Assembly: GCF_048593235.1 (NCBI RefSeq)
Contig: NC_133619.1
Location: forward strand, 637,648,558-637,712,557
Source of the DNA: Sminthopsis crassicaudata
Taxonomy: Eukaryota
Reading direction: 5' to 3'
DNA: 64,000 nucleotides
The notes beneath the pieces were generated by a model that was not told the origin of the DNA, did not search any database, and saw nothing but the letters and a program-made list of their open reading frames with translations. Both the position numbers and the translations under genes were made by a program. Positions 42,627 to 58,063 of this stretch are shown in pieces (within the stretch, counting starts at the first letter, position 1; every line of letters starts with the position of its first letter).

Positions 42627-43753
42627 CTCTGGAGCTCCTTGGAAAACTAAGATCTCATCATCCTGGCTTTGGCGGGCCTGATCTCATCCTCCCTTCCAAT
42701 CCTGAATCACTCCGCTGGCCCGGGCCTCGGAAGCCCACTACAAAGGGTCTTGGTCTTAGAGAGCAGCCCCTTTCGTACCCTCGGGCTTGGGGGCCCCCCT
42801 GGGGGCCTTTGACCCCAGGGAAGGGGACTACCTCCAGCCTCCTCTTACCAGGCAGAGCTCCAGCTGGTCACAGAGGGCATAGAACTCCTCCAGGCTCTTG
42901 TCGAAGCGCTGCAGCCCGCCTTCGCTGCTCTTCCTGGGATGGAACAGAGAAAGTGGCTCAGAGAGGGAAGCCCGGGCTTCCAGGGATCTCCCAGAGGCGC
43001 CTCGGGGCCCTGAGCAAGGGAGGGCTACTCACTGTCCGTTGTCGATGTTGGTATTCTGCACCAGGTTCTGGGCGGCCACCTTCATCAGGTTCTGGGATGG
43101 AATGAAAAAGGCGGGGTCACGTCCGGAAAACCACGCCCAAGGCGGGCCCAACTCTCCCTCCCCGCCAATGGCAGGTCAAACTCTGACCTTCAAGCACCGC
43201 CTCTTTTCTAACTATCGAGCCAATCCTCGACCCCATCATCAGCCTAGCTCCACCTTCACAACACACGGCCGACGGGCTCCCACCGACTCTTCACTACCTC
43301 CCCCAGTCCGCATGCGCACACTCCAGCGCTCTCCTGGTCCCGCCTTCTCCCGTGTTCAGGGTCAATCCCAGGGTTAGCGTCCTCAAACACACAGACTAGG
43401 CTCTTTATCGAATCACGCCCCCTCAGAAGCCCACCCACCAATTGCCATCCCCGCCTAGTGCCGGATCGGGGCTGTGGGCCAATCACCTGGAGGCTCTCTT
43501 TGAGCTGCGGAATCAGCAGCTTGTAACGCTGTACCGGGTCGAAATCTTGTTGTTGCTGCTGCAGGAGGCTGTTCTGTGCGGCCTGAATTTGTGAGGCTGC
43601 TACAAGCTGTGCAGAGGAAGGCTGTTGCTGCTGCGGCGCCTGAGGCTGCTGAGCCCCCGGAACAGAGGCACCAGCGGATCCCGGGCCGGACACGCCGGCC
43701 GTAGGTGGTGGCGGAGGCTGCGGGGCCCCCTGCGCTGGTGGCGGTGCCGCCAT
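39849..43753 (-). CDS. MED29: Mediator subunit 29, 212 aa
   Basis: Exons 43753-43487, 43091-43033, 42933-42849, 40076-39849 total 639 nt; FDPVQRYKLLIPQLKESLQNLMKVAAQNL...FDKSLEEFYALCDQLELCLRLAYECLSQ...YPQYLSMIKAQI. Confidence 0.98.
40540..40680 (-). mobile_element. Mar1-type SINE remnant
   Basis: GATACTGGAG...TTGCCATTTCCTTCCTCAGCTCATTTTACAGAGGAGGAAACTGAGGC. Confidence 0.7.
41232..41345 (+). mobile_element. Mar1-type SINE remnant (sense)
   Basis: CTCAGTTTCCTCATCTGTAAAATG...TTTGCCAAGAAAGTCCCAA...ATGACTGAAC. Confidence 0.65.
42596..42626. repeat. G31 homopolymer at the end of a MIR remnant
   Basis: Directly visible. Confidence 0.85.
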
Positions 43754-44215
43754 CTTTTCTTCCTTATATGCGCCGCCGCCAGTTGGTCACAGCCTCAATC
43801 ACTCAAGGCGACCGCGGATATGCGTCACTTTTAGGCCTAGCCTTAGCGAACCGATCAATCCCAAACTCCGAGGTTGCATTGGGACCGCCTCTTCCCTCGT
43901 CATCATTCCCGTCTGTGCACGTCCGCCCAATCACGAAACTCTCCTTCCTCAAAAACCCGCCTCCTTCCACTGTGGCCAATCCGTCCCGATTAAAAAAAAA
44001 AAAAAAAAAAAAAAAGACCTAATCCGAACTACGTTTCCCAGAAAGCATTTTATAGGCGGTAGATAGTTTGGCCCTGGAGTCCCGCGGGGTCCTCGCTGCC
44101 GCCGCCGACTGGGAGGCCGGGAGGCGGAGCGGCTCACAGGGTTGCCTGGAGAGCCGCCTGCGTGGCTCGCGGGCCGGGGCTGGCCCTTTCGTGACTAGCA
44201 GTCTTCGTCGTCGTC
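43754..44215. promoter_or_regulatory. Bidirectional MED29/PAF1 promoter
   Basis: Divergent ATGs are separated by 462 nt. CCAAT boxes near 43928 and 43976, A-tract 43992-44014, YY1 motif GCCGCCATCTT over the MED29 start, CRE TGACGTCA 44401-44408 in PAF1 intron 1. Confidence 0.85.
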
Positions 44216-47581
<3,366 letters not shown>

Positions 47582-47683
47582 GGCCGCCAAGCAGGCCCGG
47601 AGGGGCTGGGCCTCTCCAGCTCAGGCACCATTCTCAGGACAAACAGAAAATACCTATTCTTTTTTTTTTAAACTTTTGCTGTC

Positions 47684-47689
47684 AATAAA
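47684..47689 (+). terminator. PAF1 polyadenylation signal AATAAA
   Basis: About 100 nt after the stop codon. Confidence 0.85.
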
Positions 47690-49536
47690 AGCGATGTGTT
47701 TACAAGTTGAAAGCCAGGAATCCCATTTGTTCCCTTTATCCCAACACACTTCTCCCTTTCTCCCACAAAGGATGCTGGGATGGCCATCCCCATCCCTTCC
47801 CTCTTTGCAGACAGAGGGGAAAGGGGACTCACCCCCACCACATACACACATTCCCCCACTCCACACTATGGGGCCCTATCCCAAGAAGAAGGCGGCCAAA
47901 GATCGGGTCAGAGTAATTTTGGGTTTTCATTAAATGTATTATAACAAAGGTCAGAATTTTTTTTTTCCAAAATAAGCCCGGACCATTAAACAAGTGAAAC
48001 TCCAACAAATGTGTTTTCTCCAACAGAGAGAAAAACTGTGTACAGTTACTCAAAGCTGCTTCTGCCAGTGGGGCTGGGGAAAGATGGGGGTGCTGAAACC
48101 ATGGAGGGCCCGGGAGGGAGGGGAGAGAGGGGACGGGGGACTGGGTCCTGCCCGTCGGGGTGGGGGCCGCCTGCGTCCCACACTCTGGTGTCAGGCTGGA
48201 GGGTGGCGAGAGGATGGTTTTCTCCTCTCTGGGGGTCCCCACCCCCTTCCAATAGGGAGGTCCTCGCTGCTAGACTGAGCCGGCTCATGCCTAACAGTTT
48301 GATGGGATGGGACCCGGCTGGGGAGGGGGCAGGGGGGGTAACCTAGAGTGGACAGGAACCCCTACCCCACAAAACACCATTCTGCTGATTCCAAATCGTG
48401 GTGTCCCCTGTCCCCCCCTTGGGGTGAGGATCCCCAGGAGACGGGGGACAGGCAAAGGCACAGCAATATGGAGGGGATGGGGGAGAGGGGCTTGCATAGG
48501 TTGATGAGTGCAAGAGGTACATAAATAAACCCGAGCCCCTCCCCACCCCTCCCCCCAGCCAGGGTGTGGGGAGGCCCCCCTGGAGATGAGGCCCCTGGGA
48601 TTCCCTGCCCCCTCCCTCCCTGGGCAAAAAAGGAGGGCAGGAAGGGGGAAGGGACCAGGAGCCGAGAAGGGGAAGCGGAGCCAGGGGCACCAGACTGGTG
48701 GCTGTTGGGAAGGGAGGGGCCAGGAGGTCTGGGGTGGGGGGGATTTTTGGTTTTTTTTTTTTTCCAACATTTTGTTTCTTTAATAACATACGTAATGGTT
48801 ACCAGCCATAGTCATAACAAAAGTTATTCATAAAATGTATCTAAAAATAACATTTTTTTTCCTTTTCTGTGTGAAAAGCTTGAGAGAGTCCCAGCAGGAA
48901 GGGGGGAGGGTGGGAAAGGCTTCTGTACCAAGAAGAGGCCCACCTTGGGGCGGGGGAGGAGAGGGCCGGGGCTCCGCCGGCTCTCCTCCGGCGCCCCCGC
49001 TCTCTCCCCCCCCAAGGGGCCGGGGGTGGGACTCTAGGCTATGATGTAGTGTTCCACTTCAGTGAGGTCACGACAGAGCAGGGAGAGGGTTAGAAGAAAA
49101 CAAAAAAACTTAAAGAGAAGCCCTTCCACTGCCCACCCCCAGTCTCTCACCTGCTTTGGGTGGGGCTACAGAAGGGGTGTGTGTGAAGGGAGGGGGCATT
49201 AAGGCAACAGACTTTCTGACCCCACTGGCCGCTCCCCCACCTATTTGCCCTGCCCTACCTCCCCCCCGGGGGCCTCCAGGAGCTAGGCAGGGGGTAGAGG
49301 GGAGTCTGGGGGGCAGGGTGGAAGGAGGATGGGGGCAAGAAGGCGCTGCCTTCTGCCCTGGTTCCATCCCCCAAACCCTCAGCCTCCCCTGTCGCCCTCC
49401 CTCCACACATCATGGCTCAGAGAGACCCGATGAAGAGATTAAAAATGAGAGGAAGGGAGAGTGTGATTGAAAGAGAGACAGAGAAACCGCTAAGAACTAT
49501 ATAAATATATGTCTTAAATAGGCCTAAGAAATTAAT

Positions 49537-49781
49537 NNNNNNNNNNNNNNNNNNNNNNNNNNNNNNNNNNNNNNNNNNNNNNNNNNNNNNNNNNNNNNNN
49601 NNNNNNNNNNNNNNNNNNNNNNNNNNNNNNNNNNNNNNNNNNNNNNNNNNNNNNNNNNNNNNNNNNNNNNNNNNNNNNNNNNNNNNNNNNNNNNNNNNNN
49701 NNNNNNNNNNNNNNNNNNNNNNNNNNNNNNNNNNNNNNNNNNNNNNNNNNNNNNNNNNNNNNNNNNNNNNNNNNNNNNNNN
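49537..49781. other. Assembly gap (245 N) in the SAMD4B 3'UTR
   Basis: Run of N. Confidence 1.
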
Positions 49782-50289
49782 CTTGGGGGAAGGTGTGTGT
49801 GTCTGTGAGAAAGGGGGAGAATGATGGAAGAAAACAAGACTTTTGTCTCCTCCCACAAAGTGTTGACCAGAGCAGGCAGATCTGTGCTCTGTCACCCCCC
49901 ACTGCTCTCAGGCAGGCCCCCCCCAAGGGGGGTGGGGGGAATCTGGTGAGCTCCTTTGGAGTCAGTTTCCCTGGGGAGGGGTGGCCATCGTCCGGAACGG
50001 ACGCAGGGGAAAGAGGAGGTGCCCAGGGCAATTGCCCTGGCTCCCCTCCCTACCATGCCCTGGCCCTCAGCAGAGATCCCCCTCTATACCCTGCGTCATA
50101 GCAACGTGGGCTTCCGGGGGAGGGGGGCGAATGGTGTATATCAATATTAAACCAGAGTTAAAGGGATAATAAAGTAGAAAAATATTAGAACATATAACTG
50201 AGCCAACACCACCCCTCTGTCACTGAGGGGATAGGCGGCCCCTCTCCCCATCCCAAGGGGACGACGTGTCCGCTGGGCTCTCAGTCACA

Positions 50290-50323
50290 TCAGATCGTGG
50301 AGGTTTTGTCTGTCCCATCTGCC

Positions 50324-50360
<37 letters not shown>

Positions 50361-53300
50361 GAGGGAAGTCAGGAGCTGAAGCGGAGATGCGGGCCTCCCG
50401 CCCTCCCAGCCTCCCTGGGACTTGGGCCTCCTGCCCAGGGGGCTGCCACCAGGGGAAGATCCAGGGAATATTCTGGAGAAAGGGGAAGAGCTCTCACCAC
50501 CCAAGGCGTGCTCCGTCATGCTGAGGCAGAGAGACTCCAGCGTGGGGTTGACTCCAGCACATCTACGTACATACATGATGATACAGGACATTTGCACATA
50601 TTTCCATGAATCATCATGTTGGGAGAGAAAAATCAGAAGGGAAAACCCCAGAGAGAAAAAGGAACAGAAGAAAGAAAACGATGAAAATAGTACACGGCGA
50701 TCCACATTCAGTCTCCATCTGAATCCATCTCTCTCTGGATGCAGCTGGCATTTTCCAAGAAAGTTTCTCAGGGATTGCCTTGGATCACGGAATTGCTGAG
50801 AAGAGCTAAACCCACCCCAGCTGACCATGTACAATGCTCCCTTCTCTCAGCACCAGTTCACGTCAGTCTTTCCACCTTTTTCTAAAATCATCCTGTGGAT
50901 CGTTTCTTATGGAACAGTAATATTCCGTAACATTCACATACCATTACTTTAAAAAAGGGGCGCCACAAGCATTTTTGCACATGTGGGTCCTTTTCTCTCC
51001 TTGATCTCTTTGGGATATAGGCCCCAGCAGAGACACTGCAGCATCAAAGAGCATGCACAGTGTGGTAGCCCTTTGGGCATAGTACCCTATTGCTCTCCAG
51101 AATACCTGGATCTGTTCACAACTCCACCAACAATGCATCAGTGTCCCCATTTTCCCACATCCCCTCCGACATTCGTCATTGTCCTTTCCTGTCGTCTTAG
51201 CCAATCAGACAGGTGTGTATGGTATCTCAGAGTTGTCTTAACTTGCATTTCTCTAGAGCACCTTCTTTTCATATGAACATAGATAACCAGCACTGTGCAT
51301 TTCACAAGCATAATCCAAAGCCAACCACCATTTATTTATATTTATTTTCATTTATTATTCATATTTATTATTATAAAATATATAATATACTGATTATTAA
51401 TATATTATTATAATATATATTTAGCTGTATGCTAGGTGCTGTGCTCAGCTCTGCAGACACAAAAAGAGGGAAAAGGCAGTCCCTAATTGCATGAGGTCAA
51501 ACTTGTGTGCTGGGAAATTCAAGTTACTTTTCCTCTCCATTCAGGCTTGTGAATATCCCTGTATTTTATGAGCAATGGACTGGCATTTAACTCCATGAAC
51601 ATCACTTATAAGCTTAGGAGACTCCACCTGACTATATAATTTCTAGATCTTTTGTTTATTCAGGCGGCCGAGTGGTTCAAGGGTTAGAGCACCAGAGCTG
51701 GAATGAGTGCTTTCACTTCTGACTGCTTTAATCCACTGAGGAAGAAACTGGTAAATCATTCTACTGCCTGAATCAAGAGAAATTCACGGCCAGTAGTGGC
51801 TTAGGTGAAAACGTCCACGGAGTCACAAAGAGTGGAAACCATGGAACACCAACAGGATCATCCCAGCACTGCTCCGAGTCTCCAAGTCTTAACTGAGACC
51901 TCACAGTCTACTCTAACCAGAGAAGTGGCCTTTTCTTTCCCCTCTTTCTTTTCTGTTTCAAAAACCAATCAATTATTATGACAAACAGCCCGCACCTCCC
52001 TAATTCCAGATGAAACATTAAAAAAAGATGTCTCTCAGCAAGTGAAACTCTGCTAACGGCTTTTGATGACATCCCATTTACTTTCCTTTTGTCCACATAT
52101 CTACTTGTCCTTTAAATGTAGTCACAGAATCTCAGGTCAAAAAGGGACCTCTGAGGTCACGAAATCCACACCTCAATCTACAGCAATGACATGCGAGTTT
52201 TAACCTGACATGCAGAAGCAAAGATGAACTTGAAAAGATTAAGGCACAATGAAAACATGAGATCTCAAAATGCCATGAGGCAAAGAGAAAACAAGAAAAA
52301 GAGGAAGGAAAGAGGCAGAGAAGAAAAGAACAGGGAGAGGAATCAATCCCTGAACTTGAGAAGAAGCGCGCCAGAGCCCAGGCCCACGAAGAGAGAGGCT
52401 CACCTGGTGGGAACATGAGGAGAGCCTGGGGGGAGGAATGCACAGGGAGGGAGTGGGTGCGCTGCACGGAGCTCCGGCTCTGGCTGGGCATGCTGTTACT
52501 GCCTCCAGGGTTGGCAAACCACAGGTTCTGTAGGTGAGATATTGGGCGCAGAGAGACGGGTGAAAAGGGTGGGGAGGACCTCCCTCTCTGGAGCACTCCC
52601 CACCTGACGCAAAGGGGATACCTCCCTGAACTCCCGCCCTGACCTAGCCATACCTGTCGTCCTTGTCCCCCGAGACTAGGGCTGGTGAGGGCATGCCGAG
52701 GTGAGACGCCCCCAATGCCCGCAGGGCTCAGGATACCCATTCGGCTAGGCGGCAGGGCCCGAGGGGGCATCTGGAATTGGCGCTGGGCCCGTCGGGTCAC
52801 TCCCATCCCCACAGAACCAGCTATGGGGAGCGAGTTGGAGCCAAAAGCCCAGCTGCCAAAACAGAAGGGCGAGGAGGTAAGGGGGGATGACCATCCCTCC
52901 TTGTCCTGCTTCCCACCCTGAAGAGGGCCGTGTGGCCCACCGTTTGGGAGGCTCAGCAGGAAGGGGCTGCGATTGAATGCACCCCCAGCCAAGGCCACAA
53001 GTTAAAAGTACAGCTGGGAGCTCTTGGCCACCCGCAGCAGTCTATGTTGGCAGTCATCAGTGCTCTCGTGCAAGGGGCACGCTGGGAGCTGGGCCGGGGC
53101 TGCCCCTGCTCGTCTCTTACCCCTTCTGCTGCTGCCGGTAGTTCTGCATCTCTAGGGCAGCTTTTCTGGGAAAGGTTCGGAGCAGCTTGAGGACCTGCTG
53201 CTTCCAGGACAGCAGGCGTTTCTTCTGTGTCTCGGTGAAAGCCTGGGGGGAAGGGAGCAGGTGAGCGGGCTGGCCAGGAGCTGGGGAGGAGCCCCAGGGG

Positions 53301-56300
53301 GACGCTGGGAAGCCTCACCTCATGTGTCAGGCACTTTTCGATGAGCTGGAGGTAACTGGTAATGTTTTCCTCATCTGGCCGGGACACCAGCAGCTGGGTG
53401 CACACTGCTCAGAGAAGGAGGAAGGGGAAGAACTGAGCGGGGGCCCTGTCTGCACTGGGGTTCAAGGGGAGCGCACTCCAGGAGACTCATGCTGGCACAT
53501 GGCTCTGCAGCAGGACGGCAGGGGAGCGGGCCAGAGACATTTACTCCGGGAGGAAGCTCCAGCCATGCTCCAGGCTCTGGGCAACTCTCAGTTCCTGGAG
53601 CATTCATCCCCGCCCCTCCGTGGCCCCTAAGACAGAAACTCCTGGCCTCGTGTCTGAGAGCCCCCACCTCAGGACTCTACTTGCTCTCCATTCAATAGCA
53701 CAAGGTGATCCAATCACCTCCACCCTAAGTGGTCACTACCAAAGCAAAGAGGAAGTGAGCCCCTGACCTCAGGGAGCTCCCCATGTACCGGGGAAGACGA
53801 GCCCAGACAAACAAAGCAGAGGGCACAGGGGAAGTACTGAAAGTACAAAGGACCCTGTGCGGGAAGGGGCTGATCTAGCCCTGCCCCTGAAGCATCCTTG
53901 GCCCTGCTCTAGATTCAGTAACCTGAGTCAAGGGGGCAGGCAGCAGGGCCCCAGTTTTCATCTCTGTTCCCTCACTCCTGGCCTCAGGCCCTGTGCTTGG
54001 GAAGGCTGATGGCTTAGGTGGTATCCAGGAAGGCATTCTCACCTTTGCCCATCACTCGGGTAAACTGGCTAGGGAGGTCTCCATCGGCGACGGGGGCTGT
54101 GGCCGGCTCGCTGCCGTCACTGGGGGCGGGGGCCGGCTGGGGGGGATAGCTTTCTGCTGGGGAATCCTTGGTCTCCGGGGTTTTCTCCGGGCCGGGGCGA
54201 GCTGGGGGGGGCTCGGCGCCCAGCGGCGGCTCCCCCCTTCCCCCCTCCTTGGCTGCAGCCACCACAGCTGCCTGCAGGATGCTGTAGGCCTTGATAGGTG
54301 TAACGATGATCTGCTGGAGCTCCTGTAATGCATTCCTCAGGTTCCCACCTTCCAGGACATCCTGATGATGGGTAGAAAGAGCGTCAGAAGACACATGAGA
54401 GCCCGGGGCGAGACAGAAAGAAATCCAAGGATCCCTGGGTCGCAGGGGGCATACGAGGGCCTCCTCTTCCTTGCCTGTCTAAAACCTGTGACTCTGAGCC
54501 CACTCTTCCTTTCTCTCCCCCACAGACGTAGCCTGACCCGGACCGCTAGGGGCTTAATAACATCTCAGGTGGGCGGTCTCTCGGGTGCTCCCTGCAGGGC
54601 TCTTGGGCTCCTAGGGTCCTGAACTTTAAAGCCAAAAGTGCTGAGTCTGACGATCTAAGTACCCAACCTGGCTTGGCCTTCAGGTGCCCCGCCCCCACTC
54701 CGAGTCGTCACCTTCTCCAGGGACTTGAGGACACTCTGCCTCTCACGCAGCTTCTGAATGCTCAGGGCAATCTTGTGACGGGCACCTTTGGTCACGTTCT
54801 GTGTAGGGAGAAGGAAGTCTCAGAGGAACCCAGAGAGGGCCTCCCAGGCTCCAGCAGAGCCAGAGTTGAGGAGGAGGGTCTGGAATGGGCCGGGTTCCCC
54901 TGAAATGCCTTCAGATGTCCTGCCAGAGGCCGGACCGAGGCCCAGGGCCTTCAGGGTAGCATAGGAGAGGCCACTTCGGGATCCCTCTGGCGCTGGCAGA
55001 AAAAAGTGGGGGCTCACCTGAGATTCCAGATGCTGCTCTGTCAGGGTCATCATCTCCTCGTAGCTCATCTGGGAGAAGAGGGCTGCGTACTTATGTAAGC
55101 GAAGACTCTTGAGCCACAATGGCACATCTGTGGAGGGAAGACGAGGGGTCCCATCTCCTGTGGGTGGTCCCTTTGCGCCAGCTGACCCCCTACGTCAAGA
55201 AGACCCTCCCTGCTTTGCTTTATGACGGCCCTCGTCCTCCCCTCAAATTCACCCCTTTGTTTTTATCTTTGCATACACAGAGGGAAGCACGTGGCTGGCT
55301 CCCCAATCAAGTGCGGGCAGGCGCTGTTTTAGCTTTGTCTGTGTACCCCCAGAGCTGAGGATGGAGCCTGGGACCCAGGAAGGACATCCTAAGTGACTGA
55401 AGATGAGGTTCTTTGCCACTACATGCTTTGCTTTGGGAGTCTGCAGGGTAGGAGAGGCAGGGCTAGGAGAGCCTATCTCTGAGCGAGGTCTCCCCCACCC
55501 CCATCCCCAATATACAGGGGCCCAGTCTTTCCGAAGGCCACGTCCTCTGAAGAGCCCAGTCTCTGCTTCCATGAGCAGGCTGGCATTTCCCCGGCTTTCT
55601 CTAAGAATTCCATGGCTCTGGCTATCCTGCCTGCCAAGGGGCCAGGCCGGCTAAAGGAAGGCGGCCTACTCCATTTCCTTTTCCTGGAACCAGCAAGGGT
55701 AGAGTGCTTCCCATCCCAGACTCCCCAGCTCACCTTTCATACCACTACCGTCCTCCTGAAAAGTGTTCCGGCTGGAGCCCTGCTCCTCCGTCTGCTCGCT
55801 GCCTGAGGAAGCCACACTGCTCTGGGGTGAGAGGGGCGCGTGGTCGGGTGGGGCAAAGGCGGCTCTTGCCCCCAGTTCCTCTGGGTTCAGCCATTCACCA
55901 GGGCCCTGTGGGCTCGTGGGGATGAGCGACATGGACCGCTTCAGCGGGCTTGGGTGGATTTGGCAGGGGAGGCCTAGGGAAGAAGTGCAGGGGGGAGAAG
56001 AAGGGGGTCAGCCTCCTAGAGCTTGGGTGCCGGGAAGCCCAGCCACCATCACAGGCAATTACCCTACAGGGCTAGCAGTGCTATTCCAGTTCAGTCCTCT
56101 CCCATCCATCATCACCTTTGACCTTCACAGGAGCCTGCGAGTTGCAGGTTGGCCAAGTATTATTATACCCTTCTCCCAAACAAGGAAACTGAGACACAGA
56201 AAGTTGACTTGCCTAAGATAGAGGGAAGATTGAACCCCACATCTTCTAACTCCCAGCTCAGCAGAGCTCCCAGAAGCCATGTGCAGGCAGACCTAATCCC

Positions 56301-58063
56301 CAAGAGCCCCTGGGGTTGCTCAGCTCTGGGGGCCAGGGGCACTGCGAGGCCTGGCTCTGAATACTCTCACACAGAGGACTGTGCTCAAGCATCTCTGCAG
56401 ATGGAAGCACTAACCTGATGCTAACTCAGAGGCCTGAGTAGTCGCTAGACACCTGCTGCTGGCTTTTCACTTTATGAATAAAATTCTAACCTTGCCTCCT
56501 TTTTCCAGGCCCTTTCATCTCATCCTTTGTATCTTCCTTCTCTGCAGGAGAACCCTGAAGTCCAGGCTCCCCTATTCCCGGCTTCTGCCCCCTCAGGCAT
56601 AATGAGTTCTCAAAGAGGAAGATGCTAGACAGATCCCAGGCCAGGGGAGGGCAAGGTTTCCAGGATCTTGAATGGAGCGGAATGGGAACATGGGAGAAGA
56701 TGCTTGACACTGGCAGGGAAAACTCTCTTCAGAACCAAGTCGTGACACCCTTCAGCCCCATCTTCCACCTGCCTGTGGTGTTCAGTCTCCTCTGCCCCCA
56801 TGAACACGGACCCCTCCCCATCTCCCTCCCCAGATCCCAGGACCATTTAGGGGTGGGGAGGACAAAGAAAGGAAGGCCAGAGCAGTGAGGCCGGATGGAA
56901 GGGAGAGATGGGAGTGAACATTCTGTCCCTACACAAGACCTAAGAGTGACCACAGAATAAAAAGAATACGAATCCTCTCACTGAGAGCTTTAAACTTTTC
57001 ATCAAACTCCTGTCTGTTTCCCACCTCCAGTTTATCCCGCACATCTGACAGGATAATTTTCCTTAAATACTGCTTTTACTACATTACTCCTCTGCTCAAG
57101 AAACCATGGAAGATTCTAATTTCCTGCTGCATCAAGACAAACTTGCTCCTCCTAACCATTAAAGCCTGGCCCTCAATCTACCTAATGCAGCCTTCTGTTC
57201 CCCAAGGAAGCCCTCTACTCATTTTTGCCTCCACCTCCTCTCTCCATCAAGCCTTCCCCTCTCCTTCCCACTGCACCCATTCCTCCAATCCTTCCAGGAA
57301 GTCTTCTCAGACTGCTCCTAGGCACGCCCCCGGCCCTTAACAAGACCAGGTGACCCGCACGGCCACCACTGTGTGCCTGCAGGCAAAGCACTGCTCCCCA
57401 GTTTCTCATTTGGAAGGTAAAAGACAGGCCTCAAGATCTCTACAACTCCATCTCCTGCTACCAGTCTGGGATGCCTTTGTTCCAGTGTTCTAGGTCTGGG
57501 AGCTGGCGCTGCATCTGAAGGGCTCCCTACCAAGTTCGGGCTCAGGCCCTGGACCCACAGCTGCTAAGGGATGGCCATGGGCCGGGCCTCACCTGCATTT
57601 GCGTTGCTCCCAATACTGTTGATGGTGGATGGCACCGCACCAGAAGGGTGGAAGGGCACATGTCCGTTTTCTCGCGGCGGCTTGTCCTGCCAGCCCGGCC
57701 CGAGCTCGCCAGGGCCAGCCTCCCCGGGGCCACCCCACTCATCTGAGCCCTGGCGGGAGTGGTAGGCCGTCTCCGCGCGGGTCCGGAAGCCCCCAGCCAG
57801 CCGTTCCTCGAGGTGGCTGAGCCAGAGAGCTAGCGAGTTTCGGTCCTCCAGCGTGGTGGCCGGGTGGATGAGGGCGTAGGACAGCAACTGCCGACTCTCC
57901 TCAATGAAGGCGTTGTTCTCTATGGAATAGGCCAGCACCTTCTGCAGCAGCTTCATGTACTCGGACTTGGCCTCTGTGTTGCCGGGCTGGAGCAGGGGCA
58001 GATGGGACAACAAGAGGGAGACTACCTTCTCTTTGGACTCTTGCTGCCATTGGTTGATGATGG
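50290..58063 (-). CDS. SAMD4B: Smaug homolog 2, 5'-incomplete in this window
   Basis: Exons 58063-57593, 55973-55734, 55127-55018, 54798-54712, 54361-54043, 53404-53319, 53242-53121, 52852-52654, 52527-52404, about 50551-50498 (5' end disrupted), 50318-50290. SAM domain [43 protein letters not shown]; ends DGTDKTSTI*. Confidence 0.96.
50323..50360. repeat. (TG)n(AG)n microsatellite forming the pyrimidine tract of the last SAMD4B acceptor
   Basis: Minus strand reads (CT)n(CA)n CGGCAG|. Confidence 0.9.
50563..51255 (-). mobile_element. L1 ORF2 C-terminus plus 3'UTR fragment
   Basis: ORF 50944-51204 translates to [23 protein letters not shown]; 3'UTR resembles the copy at 7421-7936; no poly(A) tail. 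Confidence 0.88.
51660..51860 (+). mobile_element. SINE with RTE-like tail (WALLSI/RTESINE-like)
   Basis: tRNA-like head and GAGGAAGAAACTGGTAAATCATTC...GTCCACGGAGTCACAAAGAGT tail. Confidence 0.6.

Noticed and set aside
42215-43105. 296-aa ORF with poly-Gly
   Set aside because: Crosses a MIR and the G31 run and is antisense to MED29 exons.
49417-50031. ORFs containing X runs
   Set aside because: They span the N gap.
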